From Gammaproteobacteria bacterium (GTDB lineage: Bacteria; Pseudomonadota; Gammaproteobacteria; JACCXJ01): a DNA stretch of 54,451 nucleotides. Both the position numbers and the translations under genes were made by a program. Positions 30,440 through 39,136 of this stretch are shown piece by piece. Under the pieces are notes generated by a model that was given only the letters and a program-made list of their open reading frames with translations, made no database searches and was not told where the DNA came from. Numbering within the stretch: the first letter of the stretch is position 1; each line of letters opens with the position of its first letter. The DNA lies in contig JACCXJ010000280.1 in the NCBI GenBank assembly GCA_013697045.1, forward strand, positions 1 to 54,451. The letters run 5' to 3'.

Positions 30440-33397
30440 ATGGCCGAGGTGGACGGCGTGCCACCACCCTTCCCCCTGCCACCCGCCGATGCCGCCGATA
30501 GCGCGGTATGGTCGGACCTCGCCTCTCGAATCGATGGCGAGGTCCTGGCCGACCCCCTCACCCGCATGCTCTATGCGACGGATGCCTCGCCCTACGAAAA
30601 GCTGCCGCTGGGGGTCGTGCGTCCCCGCCATCGGGAGGACTGCATCGCCATCGTCCTTCACGCCGCCCGCCACCGCATCCCGCTCATTCCGCGCGCCGCC
30701 GGGACCAGCCTGGCGGGACAGTGCGTGGGCGACGGGCTGGTCGTCGATGTCTCGCGCCACATGACGGGGATAGTCGAGATCGACGTGGCGGCGGGCCGCA
30801 CACGGGTGCAGCCGGGGGTGATCCTCGAGGACCTGAACGATGCTTTGGGGAACGATGCCCTGGGCCCACACGGGTTGCAGTTCGCCCCCGACACCTCGAC
30901 CGCCAACCGTTGCATGATCGCGGGGATGATCGGCAACAACGCCTGCGGCGCGTATTCGATCCGCTACGGCACGACGCGCGACCATGTGATCGAGATCGAG
31001 ACCGTGCTCGCGGACGGGACGCTGGCGAGCTTCGGTCCGCTCGACGGTCCCGCGCTGGAAGCCAAGCGGCGCTTGCCCACGCTCGAAGGCCGGATCTATC
31101 GCGAGGTGTTCGAGATCATCGATGCCCACCGCGAGTTGATATTGCAACGCTACCCGCGCCCCGAGGTCGTGCGACGCAACACCGGCTACGCGCTGGACGT
31201 GCTGGCGCGCGGCCGGCCGTGGGTCCGGGACGCGCCGCCCTTCAACCTCGCACGCCTCCTGTGCGGCAGCGAGGGGACGCTCGCGCTTGTGACCGCAGCG
31301 ACGCTCGGTCTCGTGCCGCGCGCGTCGGGGCGGCTTCTCCTCTGCGCCCACTTCGACACGCTCATGGCCGCCATGCGCGGGACGCTGGTCGCGGTCCGAC
31401 ACGGGCCGGCCGCGGTCGAGCTGATCGACCGGCGCATCCTGGAAGAGACCCGCCACCACCTCGAACAACGCGACAACCGGTTCTGGATCGAGGGCGATCC
31501 CGAGGCGGTCTTGGTCGTCGAGTTTCAGGGCGAGGGCCGCGAAGACCTCGAGACGCGTGCGTTGGCCCTCATCGAAGACTACCGGGACGAAGGGCTCGGC
31601 TACGCGTTTCCGATCGTGCGGCCGCCGCTTGCCGGTCGGGTCTGGGAACTGCGCAAGGCCGGGCTCGGTTTATTGATGAATAGGCCCGGCCCCCGCAAGG
31701 CCGTCACCGTGATCGAAGACACGGCCGTGGCCCTCGCCGATCTGCCCGAGTATGTGACGCGCATCCAGGCGCTCATGGAGAAGCACGGGACCCGCTGCGT
31801 ATATTACGGTCATGCCTCCGTCGGGCTCTTGCATTTCCGGCCGGAGCTCGATCTCAAAGACGCCGCGGACCGCGAGCGGTTTCGATCGATCGCCCGCGAG
31901 GTTGCCGATCTGGTGGCCGAATACGGCGGTTCCCTCTCGGGGGAGCACGGTGACGGGCGGCTGCGCGCGCCGTTCGTTGAGCGCATGCTGGGTTCCGAGG
32001 TGCCCGCGCTGCTCCGCCGCGTCAAATCGGCCTTCGATCCCGAGGGGATCTTCAACCCCCAAAAGGTGCTGGGTGCGCCCCCCCTCGATCGTGACCTGCG
32101 CGCCGCGATCCGGAGAGACCCGGTGCCCACCTCTTTCGACTGGCACGAGGACGGCGGCCTCCTGGGGGCCGCCGAGCGCTGCAACGGGTCGGGGGCGTGC
32201 CGCAAGGGCGCGGGGCGCGGCACCATGTGTCCGTCCTACATGGCCACCCTGGAAGAACGGCACGGCACGCGCGGCCGGGCCAATGTCTTCCGCCAGCTCC
32301 TGGCTCGACCGGATGCGCGTGCGGCGCTGTCCGACGGGCGCTTGCGGGAAGTCCTGGACCTGTGCCTCATGTGCAAGGGCTGCAAGTCCGAATGCCCGGC
32401 CTCGGTGGACATGGCGCGCATGAAGTCGGAGTTCCTGCAGCACCACCACGATCGGCACGGCCTGCCGCTGCGCGCGCGAGTGCTCGGGGAGTTCGGGCGC
32501 ATCCAGCGCTTGGCGGCGTATCTTCCGGGGCTGGCGGGTCTTCTGATGAACGACCCACGGATCAAGCGGCTCCTGGGATTCAGCGCGGCGCGTATGCTGC
32601 CGGTGCCGGCGCGCGAGACCCTGAGCCGTTGGTTTTCGCGCCACCATCCGCATGCACGCGCTGGGGAGGCGGGAAGCGTGATCCTGTTCAATGACCCCTA
32701 TACGGAATACCACGAGCCCCACATCGGCATCGCCGCCGTGGAGGTCTTGGAACGTGCGGGTTTTCGCGTCACGCTCACCCACGGCGTGGAGTCGGGGCGT
32801 GTGCAGTTGAGCCAGGGGCTATTACGCAAGGCGCGGCGGCTCCTCGATGCCGCCATCGCGCGGCTATACCCGGCGGCGGCTCGGGGCGAGCCGATCCTGG
32901 GTCTCGAACCCTCGGAGATCCTCACCTTCCGCGACGAGGCGCCGGATCTGGTGTCGGCACCCCTGCGCGACCAAGCCCGAGTGGTAGCGAGCCGAGCGCG
33001 GCTCTTCGAGGAGCTCATGGCAGAAGAGGCACAGCGGTTGGGAACCCTGGGGTTCGACGCGAAGCCGCGCCGGCTCCTGGTCCACGGCCATTGTCACGCC
33101 AAGGCGCTCTGCGGTATGCGCCCGCTCCTCGAAACCCTCGCGATCCTGCCCGAAGCCCGCACCGAGGCGATCCCCTCCGGCTGCTGCGGGATGGCCGGGG
33201 CCTTCGGCTATGAGTCGGAGCACCACGAGCTGTCGATGCGGATCGGCGAGCTGGTCTTGTTCCCCGCCATCCGGCGTGCGGCCCCGGACACCCTGGTCGT
33301 CGCCAACGGCACCAGTTGCCGGCATCAGATCCGGGACGGGGTCGGGCGGCGCGCCCTGCACCCGGCCGAGGTGTTGCGGATGGCGTTGCGGGACTGA
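30440..33397 (+). CDS. FAD-binding (GlcD-like) plus 4Fe-4S/CCG-domain fusion oxidoreductase, YdiJ-like
   Basis: About 985 aa. N-terminal FAD-binding PCMH domain (PRAAGTSLAGQ). Central ferredoxin-type CxxCxxC...C clusters (CLMCKGCKSECP). C-terminal Cys-rich HGHCH/CCG region. ATG at 30440; a TTG at 30407 is also possible. Confidence 0.8.
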   Translation: MAEVDGVPPPFPLPPADAADSAVWSDLASRIDGEVLADPLTRMLYATDASPYEKLPLGVVRPRHREDCIAIVLHAARHRIPLIPRAAGTSLAGQCVGDGLVVDVSRHMTGIVEIDVAAGRTRVQPGVILEDLNDALGNDALGPHGLQFAPDTSTANRCMIAGMIGNNACGAYSIRYGTTRDHVIEIETVLADGTLASFGPLDGPALEAKRRLPTLEGRIYREVFEIIDAHRELILQRYPRPEVVRRNTGYALDVLARGRPWVRDAPPFNLARLLCGSEGTLALVTAATLGLVPRASGRLLLCAHFDTLMAAMRGTLVAVRHGPAAVELIDRRILEETRHHLEQRDNRFWIEGDPEAVLVVEFQGEGREDLETRALALIEDYRDEGLGYAFPIVRPPLAGRVWELRKAGLGLLMNRPGPRKAVTVIEDTAVALADLPEYVTRIQALMEKHGTRCVYYGHASVGLLHFRPELDLKDAADRERFRSIAREVADLVAEYGGSLSGEHGDGRLRAPFVERMLGSEVPALLRRVKSAFDPEGIFNPQKVLGAPPLDRDLRAAIRRDPVPTSFDWHEDGGLLGAAERCNGSGACRKGAGRGTMCPSYMATLEERHGTRGRANVFRQLLARPDARAALSDGRLREVLDLCLMCKGCKSECPASVDMARMKSEFLQHHHDRHGLPLRARVLGEFGRIQRLAAYLPGLAGLLMNDPRIKRLLGFSAARMLPVPARETLSRWFSRHHPHARAGEAGSVILFNDPYTEYHEPHIGIAAVEVLERAGFRVTLTHGVESGRVQLSQGLLRKARRLLDAAIARLYPAAARGEPILGLEPSEILTFRDEAPDLVSAPLRDQARVVASRARLFEELMAEEAQRLGTLGFDAKPRRLLVHGHCHAKALCGMRPLLETLAILPEARTEAIPSGCCGMAGAFGYESEHHELSMRIGELVLFPAIRRAAPDTLVVANGTSCRHQIRDGVGRRALHPAEVLRMALRD

Positions 33398-33518
33398 TGC
33401 CCCCTATCACTCATTCCCGCAGCACCGATCGGAGGGCGTCGAGCTCGACCATCGCCCACCACGTGACGACGGCGTCCGATCCGATCGGCTCCGTATTCTC
33501 GGCCAGCTCACCACGGTG

Positions 33519-34124
33519 TCATTTGGCATCGGTCATGAAATCGTCTCTGCCGAAGCTCACCTTGTCATAAATGTCTGTCAGCGGGAGCTCGCAGCCCATA
33601 GCGGGCAGTGGCAAACTGGCCTCCAGCCCTTCCGCCATGCGAAGGATCCACTCCTCACCGTGTCGGGTGAAGTGTTCCACCAGCGGTCTGTGCTGGGACA
33701 CCAGCACATAGTCTTGCAAAGAAGTTAACCGGCGATAATGCGCGAACTTATCACCGCGATCGTAACGCTCGGTGCTGTCCGATAGCACCTCGATGATCAA
33801 GGACGGGTTCGTCAGCGTATCCTGCTCGGAGTCTTCAAACTCAGGCTCGCTGCAGAGCGCCGCCACACCGGGGTAGGTGTAAAGCCCGGTTTCCGTGACT
33901 TTCAAGCGCATGTCATTGGTAAACGCCATACAAGGGCGTCCCTTGAATTGCCCCACCAACAGATAAGCGAGGTTTGCCACGATGGTGACATGTTCGCGGC
34001 TAGCGCCCGCCATCGCGTATGCCTTGCCATTGACGTATTCGCTACGGATAGCGGCCCTGCGTTCGGCTGCCAGATATTCGGCGGGCGTGATACGGCCGTC
34101 TCGTTCGGTTATGGGGAGTGGTAT
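33519..34124 (-). pseudogene. Uma2-family (DUF820) endonuclease lacking a canonical start / 5'-truncated
   Basis: Track ORF starts at the internal ATG at 34013 (MAGASREH). Conserved N-terminal homology ITPAEYLAAERRAAIRSEYVNGKAYA continues upstream in frame to a TGA at 34125-34127, with no ATG/GTG/TTG. Confidence 0.6.
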
Positions 34125-34279
34125 TCAATATCGGTGGTAACAACTACCGGCTGGTTGCAGCGGTTCACTTCAACACTCAAAAGATGTACGTCCGGCAAGT
34201 CCTGACCCACGACGACTACGACGGGATGAAATGGAATGAGCGCACAAGGCCACGGCATTTGCGAATAGTGAGGCAGTAA
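34118..34279 (+). pseudogene. higB: HigB toxin remnant (3' half only)
   Basis: Hand translation VVFNIGGNNYRLVAAVHFNTQKMYVRQVLTHDDYDGMKWNE matches the C-terminal half of E. coli HigB (YVFNVGGNELRVVAMVFFESQKCYIREVMTHKEYD). About 55 N-terminal codons are missing. In-frame TGA at 34088-34090. Confidence 0.7.
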
Positions 34280-34281
34280 CT

Positions 34282-34830
34282 ATGGCAAAAGGTAAAGGCC
34301 CCAGCAGAGGCGGCGGTTCCAAGATTGGTCGCGATGCGGGGAGTGGTCAGTTCGTCCCCGTGAAGGAGGCGGAGCGTCGGTCCCGCACGTCGATCGTCGA
34401 GCCCCTCAAGCAGCCCAAGCCCAAGGGCCGAGACCTCGACTCGGTGGCCCAGGCATGGGAGGCGCTCCGGGACAGCAGTGGGATAGGCCCCATTCGTAAT
34501 GAGGCGGATTACGACGACAGGGTGGCCCTCTTGAATGCGCTCATCGACGTGGTACGCGACGACGAAGCACACCCGCTGGCGGGCCTCATGGAGATCGTGG
34601 GCGATCTCATAGAGAACTACGAAAACACCCATTACCCGATGCCGGAGGCCGAACCGCGCGAGGCATTGCGTTTTCTGATGGAGGAGCACGGCTTGAAGCA
34701 AGGCGAACTGCCCGAGATCGGCAGCCAGGGGATCATGTCGGAGATCCTGGCCGGCAAGCGGGCCATCAACGCGCGGCAAGCCAAGCTGCTCGCCGCGCGC
34801 TTCGGCGTGTCGGCCGGGGTGTTCATTTGA
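34282..34830 (+). CDS. higA: HigA-type antitoxin (XRE HTH) with about 50-aa N-terminal extension
   Basis: C-terminal 130 aa parallel E. coli HigA (IRNEADYD..., LPEIGSQGIMSEILAGKRAINARQAKLLAARFGVSAGVFI). The ATG lies 3 nt after the higB-remnant stop, with GAGG upstream. Confidence 0.8.
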   Translation: MAKGKGPSRGGGSKIGRDAGSGQFVPVKEAERRSRTSIVEPLKQPKPKGRDLDSVAQAWEALRDSSGIGPIRNEADYDDRVALLNALIDVVRDDEAHPLAGLMEIVGDLIENYENTHYPMPEAEPREALRFLMEEHGLKQGELPEIGSQGIMSEILAGKRAINARQAKLLAARFGVSAGVFI

Positions 34831-35092
34831 CGTCGGCGTCACAGAACTCGCTGTCCCGCGCGTAACCGCTGCGACGCGCCCGCCTGCGGAGCCTGCGAGT
34901 GCCGGCCGAGCCTCGCTCGGGCGGCCGGTCGGCAATAGGCGAGCCCCCTAGCGCACACGCGCGTCTCGTTCATCTCGATCCCCATGGCACCCATGATCGA
35001 CCGAACGGAAATACCCCCCCACATCCAGACTCATACCATTTTGGAAAAGACTAACCCTTGCAACGCGGGGCCCGGCGAGGGACACTAGGCGA

Positions 35093-35500
35093 TCGGGAGC
35101 CGGCCGGGCAATCGCTGCATCATGCCGTTTCGGTGCAGAGGAAAGTCCGGGCTCCACAGGGCAGGGTGCCAGGTAACGCCTGGGGGGTGTGAGCCCACGG
35201 AAAGTGCCACAGAAAACAAACCGCCAACCCCCGCTTGCGCGGGGCGGCAAGGGTGAAAAGGTGCGGTAAGAGCGCACCGCGCCGGCCAACGCCGGCGGCA
35301 CGGTAAACCCCACCCGGAGCAAGACCAAGTAGGGGGGCGAGCCATCTGAATAGGTGGCGAAGCGCGGCCCGCGCGAGTCCCCGGGTAGGTCGCTAGAGGT
35401 GTGCGGCGACGTACATCCGAGATGAATGATTGCCCCGGGGCTCGAGAGGTACGCCTCTTGGGGCCCCGGACAGAACCCGGCTTACAGGCCGGCTCCCCCC
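35093..35500 (+). ncRNA. rnpB: RNase P RNA, bacterial type A
   Basis: Universal core GAGGAAAGTCCGGGCTCCACAGGGCAGGGTGCCAGGTAACGCCTGGGG, GGTAAGAGCGCACCG, GGTAAACCCCACCCGGAGCAAG, AGATGAATGA, ACAGAACCCGGCTTA. P1 pairing GGGAGCCGGCC (35095-35105) with GGCCGGCTCCC (35487-35497). Confidence 0.93.
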
Positions 35501-35565
35501 TCCCACCCGTGGCTCGTTGGAAAGTGCCAGTTATCCCATCGGATTTTGGTCCCCGCCCAATCTCC

Positions 35566-35594
35566 TTGACAGGAGCCTGGGAGCTTCCTATAGT
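35566..35594 (+). promoter_or_regulatory. Pmra-like sigma70 promoter of the dcw cluster
   Basis: TTGACA (35566-35571), 17-nt spacer, TATAGT (35589-35594), about 70 nt upstream of mraZ. Confidence 0.7.
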
Positions 35595-35603
35595 TCGTCG
35601 AAG

Positions 35604-35628
35604 TGGGGATTACTGGGGAGCCGTGGGG
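35604..35628 (+). promoter_or_regulatory. three phased TGGGG repeats (putative MraZ operator)
   Basis: TGGGG at 35604, 35614 and 35624, exactly 10-bp periodicity with 5-nt spacers, immediately downstream of the -10. Same layout as the E. coli MraZ binding repeats. Confidence 0.65.
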
Positions 35629-35665
35629 GTTCTGCCCTGTTCGGGGGGACCGTTGAGCGCAACGT

Positions 35666-36133
35666 ATGTTCCGGGACTTCGAGGGGAGCACGGCCCTGAG
35701 CCTGGATGCCAAGGGCCGCATCGCGATCCCGAGCACCCATCGCGACGTGCTCGCGGCCGCGGGCCAAGCGTCGCTGGTGCTGACGGTGAGCCCCTACGAT
35801 CGGTGCTTGTGGCTGTATCCAGAGAGCGAGTGGGCGGTGGTCAAGCTGAAGCTCTTGGAGCTGTCGGACTTCGACAAGCTCTCCCGGCGCACCAAACAGA
35901 TGATGCGCGGGCACGCTACGCCCTGCGTCGCCGATGGGCAAGGCCGTATCCGCATCCCCGATCCCCTGCGCGAGTTCGCGGGGCTGGACCGACAGATCGC
36001 CTTCGTCGGCCAGGGCAATCGCTTCGAGATCTGGGATGGCGAGGCCTGGGTGACGGAGCGTAGCGAGTGGCAGCTTGAGGTGAGGGCCGGTGTGGGGACG
36101 GCGTCGGAGATGTTGAAGCAGCTGGCGTTCTAG
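35666..36133 (+). CDS. mraZ: transcriptional regulator MraZ
   Basis: 155 aa. Duplicated DAKGRIAIP / DGQGRIRIP SpoVT-AbrB motifs. Confidence 0.93.
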   Translation: MFRDFEGSTALSLDAKGRIAIPSTHRDVLAAAGQASLVLTVSPYDRCLWLYPESEWAVVKLKLLELSDFDKLSRRTKQMMRGHATPCVADGQGRIRIPDPLREFAGLDRQIAFVGQGNRFEIWDGEAWVTERSEWQLEVRAGVGTASEMLKQLAF

Positions 36134-36135
36134 CG

Positions 36136-37080
36136 GTGGTCGGTACCGGCACCGGCGAGCTCCACGCCCCGGTGCTGCTCGATGAGGTCATGGAGCACCT
36201 CGAGGTTCGGGAGGGCGGGGTCTACATCGATTGCACCTTCGGCCGCGGCGGCCACAGCCGTGCGATCCTGGCGCGCCTGGGGGACGCCGGGCGATTGCTG
36301 GCGATCGATCGCGACCCCGAGGCCGCGCAGGCCGCGGCGGCGCTCGGCACCCGTGATGGGCGCGTCCTCGCCGAGCACGGCCGCTTCAGCGGGTTGGGAG
36401 ACATGGTGCAGAGCCGAGGATGGGAGGGAAGGATCGATGGGGTCTTGTTCGACCTCGGGGTGTCGTCGCCCCAGCTGGACGACCCGGCGCGGGGCTTCAG
36501 CTTTTCCAGCGACGGGCCCCTGGATATGCGCATGGACCCGCGGTCCGGACCGAGCGCGGCCCAATGGCTTTCGCGCGCCGGGCGGGACGAGATCGCGTCG
36601 GTGCTCTACACCTACGGCGAGGAACGACACGCCCGCCGGGTGGCACGGGCCATCGTGGCGGCACGGGAGATCGCGACCATAGCCACCACGCAGCGCCTGG
36701 CCGAGGTCGTCGCGGCGGCGACGCCGCGCAGCGCGGAGCGCCGGCACCCCGCCACGCGTGCCTTCCTGGCCCTGCGCCTCAAAATCAATCAGGAGCTGGA
36801 AGAGCTGGCGGCGGCACTCCCCCAGGCGCTCGAGGTCCTGGGCGGAGGCGGCCGGCTGCTCGTGATCGCCTTCCATTCCCTCGAGGACCGCATCGTCAAG
36901 CGTTTCCTGCGGGATGAGGCGCGTCCCTCGCGACCACCGCGTCAATTCCCGGTCCCTGCCCAGGAGCCGCCGGCGCGCCTGCGTCTCATCGCCGGCCCCA
37001 TCCGGCCACCGGCCGCCGAGGTGGCGAGGAATCCCCGTTGCCGCAGCGCGGTCTTGCGGGTCGCGGAGCGCCTGGGATGA
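36136..37080 (+). CDS. rsmH: 16S rRNA (cytosine1402-N4)-methyltransferase RsmH
   Basis: 314 aa. HAPVLLDEV, DCTFGRGGHS, DLGVSSPQLD, FHSLEDRIVK. Confidence 0.93.
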   Translation: MVGTGTGELHAPVLLDEVMEHLEVREGGVYIDCTFGRGGHSRAILARLGDAGRLLAIDRDPEAAQAAAALGTRDGRVLAEHGRFSGLGDMVQSRGWEGRIDGVLFDLGVSSPQLDDPARGFSFSSDGPLDMRMDPRSGPSAAQWLSRAGRDEIASVLYTYGEERHARRVARAIVAAREIATIATTQRLAEVVAAATPRSAERRHPATRAFLALRLKINQELEELAAALPQALEVLGGGGRLLVIAFHSLEDRIVKRFLRDEARPSRPPRQFPVPAQEPPARLRLIAGPIRPPAAEVARNPRCRSAVLRVAERLG

Positions 37081-37394
37081 CGACCTCGAACAGCGCTACG
37101 GCGGGAACCGGGAGCGGCTGGATCACGGCGCGCCGGTTCCTGGGCCTGTGCCTGGCGGCGGCCGTTTTCGCATCGGCCCTCTGCCTGGTGACCGTGCGTC
37201 ACGAGGGTCGCAAGGCTTCTTTCGATCTGGCGCGCCTGGAGCCGGAGCGGGACAGCCTCCAGGATGATTGGGGCCGCTTGCAGCTCGAGCAGGCGACGGC
37301 CCGTACCCAGGCGCAGGTCGAGGCCCTGGCCCATAGCAAGCTTTCCATGACCGTACCGAGCCCCGACGACGTCGTCCTCATGGTGGCGCCGTGA
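37077..37394 (+). CDS. ftsL: cell division protein FtsL
   Basis: 105 aa. ATGA overlap with rsmH. One TM helix followed by a coiled-coil segment. Position between rsmH and ftsI. Confidence 0.8.
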   Translation: MTTSNSATAGTGSGWITARRFLGLCLAAAVFASALCLVTVRHEGRKASFDLARLEPERDSLQDDWGRLQLEQATARTQAQVEALAHSKLSMTVPSPDDVVLMVAP

Positions 37395-39136
37395 GGGCGC
37401 GAGGAAGATGGCGGGGCCAATGGGGTCTGACCCCCCGCGGGAACGTCATGATCGGGTTGTTTTTGTCCGCGGCCGCGCTGCTTTCGGCACGGGCGCTCTA
37501 TCTACAGTGGGTGGAAACGGAGGTCCTTCAGCACCGCGGTGCGCGGCTCCATCTGCGCGTGGTGGAGCTGCCGGCCCATCGCGGCATGATCACCGACCGG
37601 CGCGGGGAGCCGCTCGCGATCAGCACCCCGATCGATACGGCCAGCGCCGCGCCCGCCGAGCTCCTGCAGGCGGGAACGCGCCTTCCGGAGGTGGCCCGAG
37701 TGCTCGACATAGGTACCGAACGGTTGTTGGCCATATTGAGGAGCCGGCAGGATCAGAAGTTCGTATTTCTCAAACGTCATCTCCTGCCCAGCGTCTCGGA
37801 GCGGCTCAGCGCGCTGGCCGTGCCGGGCGTCGTACTGGGCCGGGAGTACCATCGTTACTACCCGGCATCCGAGAGCACGGCCCACCTGATCGGCTTCACC
37901 GACATCGACGACATCGGTCAGGAAGGTCTGGAGCGGGCCTTCGACGACGCGCTCCGCGGGATACCGGGCCGGAAGCGGGTGATCAAGGATAATCGCCGGC
38001 GCGTGGTCGAAAATATCGAGGTGATCGCGAGCGGGAGGCCCGGTCGGGACCTCGTGCTCAGCATCGACAAGCGCGTCCAGCACGTCGCCTACCGCGAGCT
38101 CAAGGCCGCCGTCCACAGACACCGGGCGCGCGCCGGCTCGGTGGTGGTCCTGGATGCGGGGACCGGAGAGGTCCTGGCGGCCGTCAACCGGCCCTCCTAC
38201 AACCCCAATGACCGCCGCCAGATCAAGGGTGAATACTATCGCAATCGCGCCTTTACCGACGTCTTCGAACCCGGTTCGACGCTCAAGCCCTTCGCCATCG
38301 CCGCGGCCCTGGAGGCCGGGGCCTGCCAGCCCTCGACCGTGATCGATACCCGGCCGGGAACTCTGCGCGTCGGACGCCACACCATCCGCGACATCCACGA
38401 CTACGGGCTCCTCGACGTGAGCGGGGTCATCGAAAAATCCAGCAACGTGGGCACCGCCAAGATCGCCCTGTCCATGGGCGCCGAGGTCTTGTGGAGGGCC
38501 CTGGTACGTCTCAGGTTCGGCCGGAGCCCCGACAGCGGCTTCCCCGGCGAGGCCCAGGGATCCCTCCCCCATTACCGTAATTGGCGCGAGATCGATCACG
38601 CCACCATGGCCTTCGGATACGGCCTGTCGGTAAGTGCCGTGCAACTCGCCAGCGCCTACACGGCGCTCGCCAACGGCGGCGTCATGATGCCCGCCGGGAT
38701 CGTGCGTCTCGATACCCCGCCGGCGGGCACCCGCGTCATCTCACGTACCGTCGCCGACCAGATGCGGCGCATGCTGGAGGGGGTGGTCACCATCGGCACC
38801 GGGACGAGCGCGCAGGTTCCGGGCTACCGGGTCGCCGGGAAGACCGGTACCGTACGCAAGACCAGGCCCGGAGGCGGCTACGGCAAGGACCGCTATCTGG
38901 CCCTGTTCGCCGGCATGATCCCGGCGAGCCGCCCGCGGCTCGTGACCGTGGTGGTGATCGATGAGCCCAGGACCGGGGTGTACTTCGGCGGAGAGGTGGC
39001 GGCGCCGGTGTTCTCAAGCATCATGACCGAGGCCGTGCGTCTGCTCGACGTCACCCCGGACGATCTGCGTCCGGGCGCCCCCGTGCCGGCGGCCGGGGTG
39101 CGCCCGGTGCGCCTCGACAGCAGGGGGACCTTGTGA
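37391..39136 (+). CDS. ftsI: peptidoglycan D,D-transpeptidase FtsI (PBP3)
   Basis: GTGA overlap with ftsL. Transpeptidase motifs STLKP, SSN, KTGT. Confidence 0.93.
   Translation: MRARGRWRGQWGLTPRGNVMIGLFLSAAALLSARALYLQWVETEVLQHRGARLHLRVVELPAHRGMITDRRGEPLAISTPIDTASAAPAELLQAGTRLPEVARVLDIGTERLLAILRSRQDQKFVFLKRHLLPSVSERLSALAVPGVVLGREYHRYYPASESTAHLIGFTDIDDIGQEGLERAFDDALRGIPGRKRVIKDNRRRVVENIEVIASGRPGRDLVLSIDKRVQHVAYRELKAAVHRHRARAGSVVVLDAGTGEVLAAVNRPSYNPNDRRQIKGEYYRNRAFTDVFEPGSTLKPFAIAAALEAGACQPSTVIDTRPGTLRVGRHTIRDIHDYGLLDVSGVIEKSSNVGTAKIALSMGAEVLWRALVRLRFGRSPDSGFPGEAQGSLPHYRNWREIDHATMAFGYGLSVSAVQLASAYTALANGGVMMPAGIVRLDTPPAGTRVISRTVADQMRRMLEGVVTIGTGTSAQVPGYRVAGKTGTVRKTRPGGGYGKDRYLALFAGMIPASRPRLVTVVVIDEPRTGVYFGGEVAAPVFSSIMTEAVRLLDVTPDDLRPGAPVPAAGVRPVRLDSRGTL

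Noticed and set aside
30146-32782. Minus-strand ORFs 30146..31468 and 31670..32782, and plus-strand alternative frames over the YdiJ-like gene
   Set aside because: They overlap rpoH and the FAD/Fe-S oxidoreductase. They have no motifs, and their composition is typical of off-frame translation.
34948-35345. ORFs 34948..35328 and 35085..35345 on the minus strand
   Set aside because: They lie over the RNase P RNA gene, whose conserved core is unmistakable on the plus strand.
37502-38644. 380-aa minus-strand ORF
   Set aside because: It is antisense to ftsI, which has STLKP, SSN and KTGT motifs. It is a shadow ORF.
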